53,782 nt of DNA from a virus (Duplodnaviria > Caudoviricetes), in the IMG/VR virus record IMGVR_UViG_3300020470_000010, positions 1 to 53,782 of that record; one strand, 5' to 3'. The position numbers and the translations under genes are program-made. Numbering within the stretch: position 1 is the first letter of the stretch; each line of letters begins with the position of its first letter. Below the pieces are notes generated by a model. It worked only from the letters and a program-made list of their open reading frames with translations, did not search any database and was not told the DNA's origin. Below are positions 52,481 to 53,782 of this stretch, in pieces.

Positions 52481-53106
52481 GGAGTTCCGAAGAAATTTAA
52501 ATTAAGAACTTGACGTTTGTCTTGATCAGTACAGGTTGTTCCAGTGTGATATAGATGTGAAGGAAAAGTTATTAATTGGTTGGGTTTAGAAGGGATTTTA
52601 ATATTATCTTGAAAAAATTTAGTGTACCCATCGGAATCATCTAGATGTAATACAGCTGTAGTTTGACTTTCGCTTAATGTAGTCAAAGGCATTCGATCTA
52701 CATGAAAACCGTGCTCTATTATGTGCTCTGTACAGAAGGTGATATTGGCTTTGATTTTAACCCAAGCATAAACATCGAATATCGTTCCGATATTACTAAA
52801 GATGGCAGAGAATAATTCCTTTTGTAATTCTGTAGTGGGGAATGCTCCTTGCTCTACATGAAATAAAAAATGACTAAGTTGAGTGTTATATTTAGGATCA
52901 GGTTCGAAGTCTTGATGAGGAAGGAAATTTTGATCTTGGTATTCTTCAGGGACAGATGAATTATATATATTATCTATAAACCAAGGTAATCGTTCAAAGA
53001 ATCTTAAAAATTTTTGGAAGTCAGATTCTCTCATGAAATTTTGGTAAACCTTAATACCATTATTTAATTCTTGTACGGTTCTCTTTGGGCGTAGATCAAT
53101 TGCCAT
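52474..53106 (-). CDS. 2OG-Fe(II) oxygenase family protein
   Basis: HGFHVD...DGYT...NQLITFPSHLYHTGTTCTD...RQVLNLNF. Confidence 0.82.
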   Translation of the reverse strand: MAIDLRPKRTVQELNNGIKVYQNFMRESDFQKFLRFFERLPWFIDNIYNSSVPEEYQDQNFLPHQDFEPDPKYNTQLSHFLFHVEQGAFPTTELQKELFSAIFSNIGTIFDVYAWVKIKANITFCTEHIIEHGFHVDRMPLTTLSESQTTAVLHLDDSDGYTKFFQDNIKIPSKPNQLITFPSHLYHTGTTCTDQDKRQVLNLNFFGTPC

Positions 53107-53158
53107 CTTTTCTCGATCAGATAATACGAATATAGCGTTCTTTGCACAGGTTTCCAAT

Positions 53159-53187
53159 AAAAAACCCCCGTTGCTACAGCAACGAGG
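53159..53187 (-). terminator. Intrinsic terminator downstream of psbA
   Basis: cctcgttgc-tgta-gcaacgggg followed by gtttttt on the minus strand. Confidence 0.85.
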
Positions 53188-53245
53188 ATTCTTTACTCAC
53201 CCTGTTCACTCGATGAGGTCATGCGGCCTCGAGTGAATCATATCA

Positions 53246-53782
53246 TTATCCAACAGAAGGAGCAACTAAAGCTACATCAGTAGCAGCAGTAGAGGCTAAA
53301 TCAAGTGGGAAGTTATGAGCATTACGTTCGTGCATCACTTCCATACCAAGGTTTGCCCTGTTAAGGACATCACCCCAAGTTGGTACAACTTTGCCTGAAG
53401 CATCTACAACAGATTGGTTAAAGTTAAATCCGTTGAGATTGAAGGCCATTGTGCATATACCCATCGAGGTGAGCCAAACACAAATAACAGGCCAAGAAGC
53501 AAGAAAAAAGTGAAGACTACGAGAGTTGTTAAAGGAGGCGTATTGGAAGATAAGACGTCCGAAGTAGCCATGAGCTGCGACGATGTTGTACGTCTCTTCT
53601 TCTTGTCCGAATTTGTAGCCATAGTTCTGAGAGTCTAATCCTGTGGTCTCTCTAATAAGAGAGGAGGTAACAAGTGAACCATGCATAGCACTAAACAAAG
53701 CACCACCAAACATACCCGCCACACCTGCCATGTGGAATGGATGCATGAGGATATTATGTTCCGCCTGAAAGACAAACATAAA
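53246..53782 (-). CDS. psbA: Photosystem II D1 protein, 3' part (5' end beyond window)
   Basis: [14 protein letters not shown]...[44 protein letters not shown]...[13 protein letters not shown]. Confidence 0.99.
   Translation of the reverse strand, partial: FMFVFQAEHNILMHPFHMAGVAGMFGGALFSAMHGSLVTSSLIRETTGLDSQNYGYKFGQEEETYNIVAAHGYFGRLIFQYASFNNSRSLHFFLASWPVICVWLTSMGICTMAFNLNGFNFNQSVVDASGKVVPTWGDVLNRANLGMEVMHERNAHNFPLDLASTAATDVALVAPSVG

Noticed and set aside
1-53782. tRNA, rRNA or integrase genes
   Set aside because: None recognised by eye in intergenic gaps or ORFs; tRNAscan was not run

Overview
53.8 kb fragment of a tailed dsDNA marine cyanophage. The psbA sequence type and the hli genes point to a Prochlorococcus-type host. 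The gene set is neither T4-like nor T7-like. The left half (about 1-28 kb, mostly + strand) is the virion module: candidate small terminase, large terminase, portal, scaffold-like protein, lysozyme/peptidase M15 endolysin, major capsid, head and tail proteins, a CBM-repeat fibre and a fibre chaperone. The middle (about 28-41 kb) is accessory: HNH, NblA-like, 2OG-Fe(II) oxygenase, small outer-membrane protein, a secreted-protein cassette, DUF5664, an MTase homologue and dCMP deaminase. The right part (about 41-53.8 kb, mostly - strand) carries a candidate replication origin, primase-VapE helicase, three hli genes, an exonuclease, two SSB-like genes, NrdR-like and clamp-like genes, three 2OG oxygenases and the 3' part of psbA. 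Main observations: (1) a tandem pair of free-standing LAGLIDADG genes, one apparently inactive, followed by a predicted multi-stem element with a kissing loop; (2) several intact genes that appear to have lost catalytic residues; (3) a DUF4214-like module spread over up to four proteins; (4) a 512-nt dual-coding portal/scaffold overlap; (5) an extended NblA-like gene starting inside an HNH gene; (6) an iteron-like array. All family assignments come from motif recognition by eye. No database search was run.
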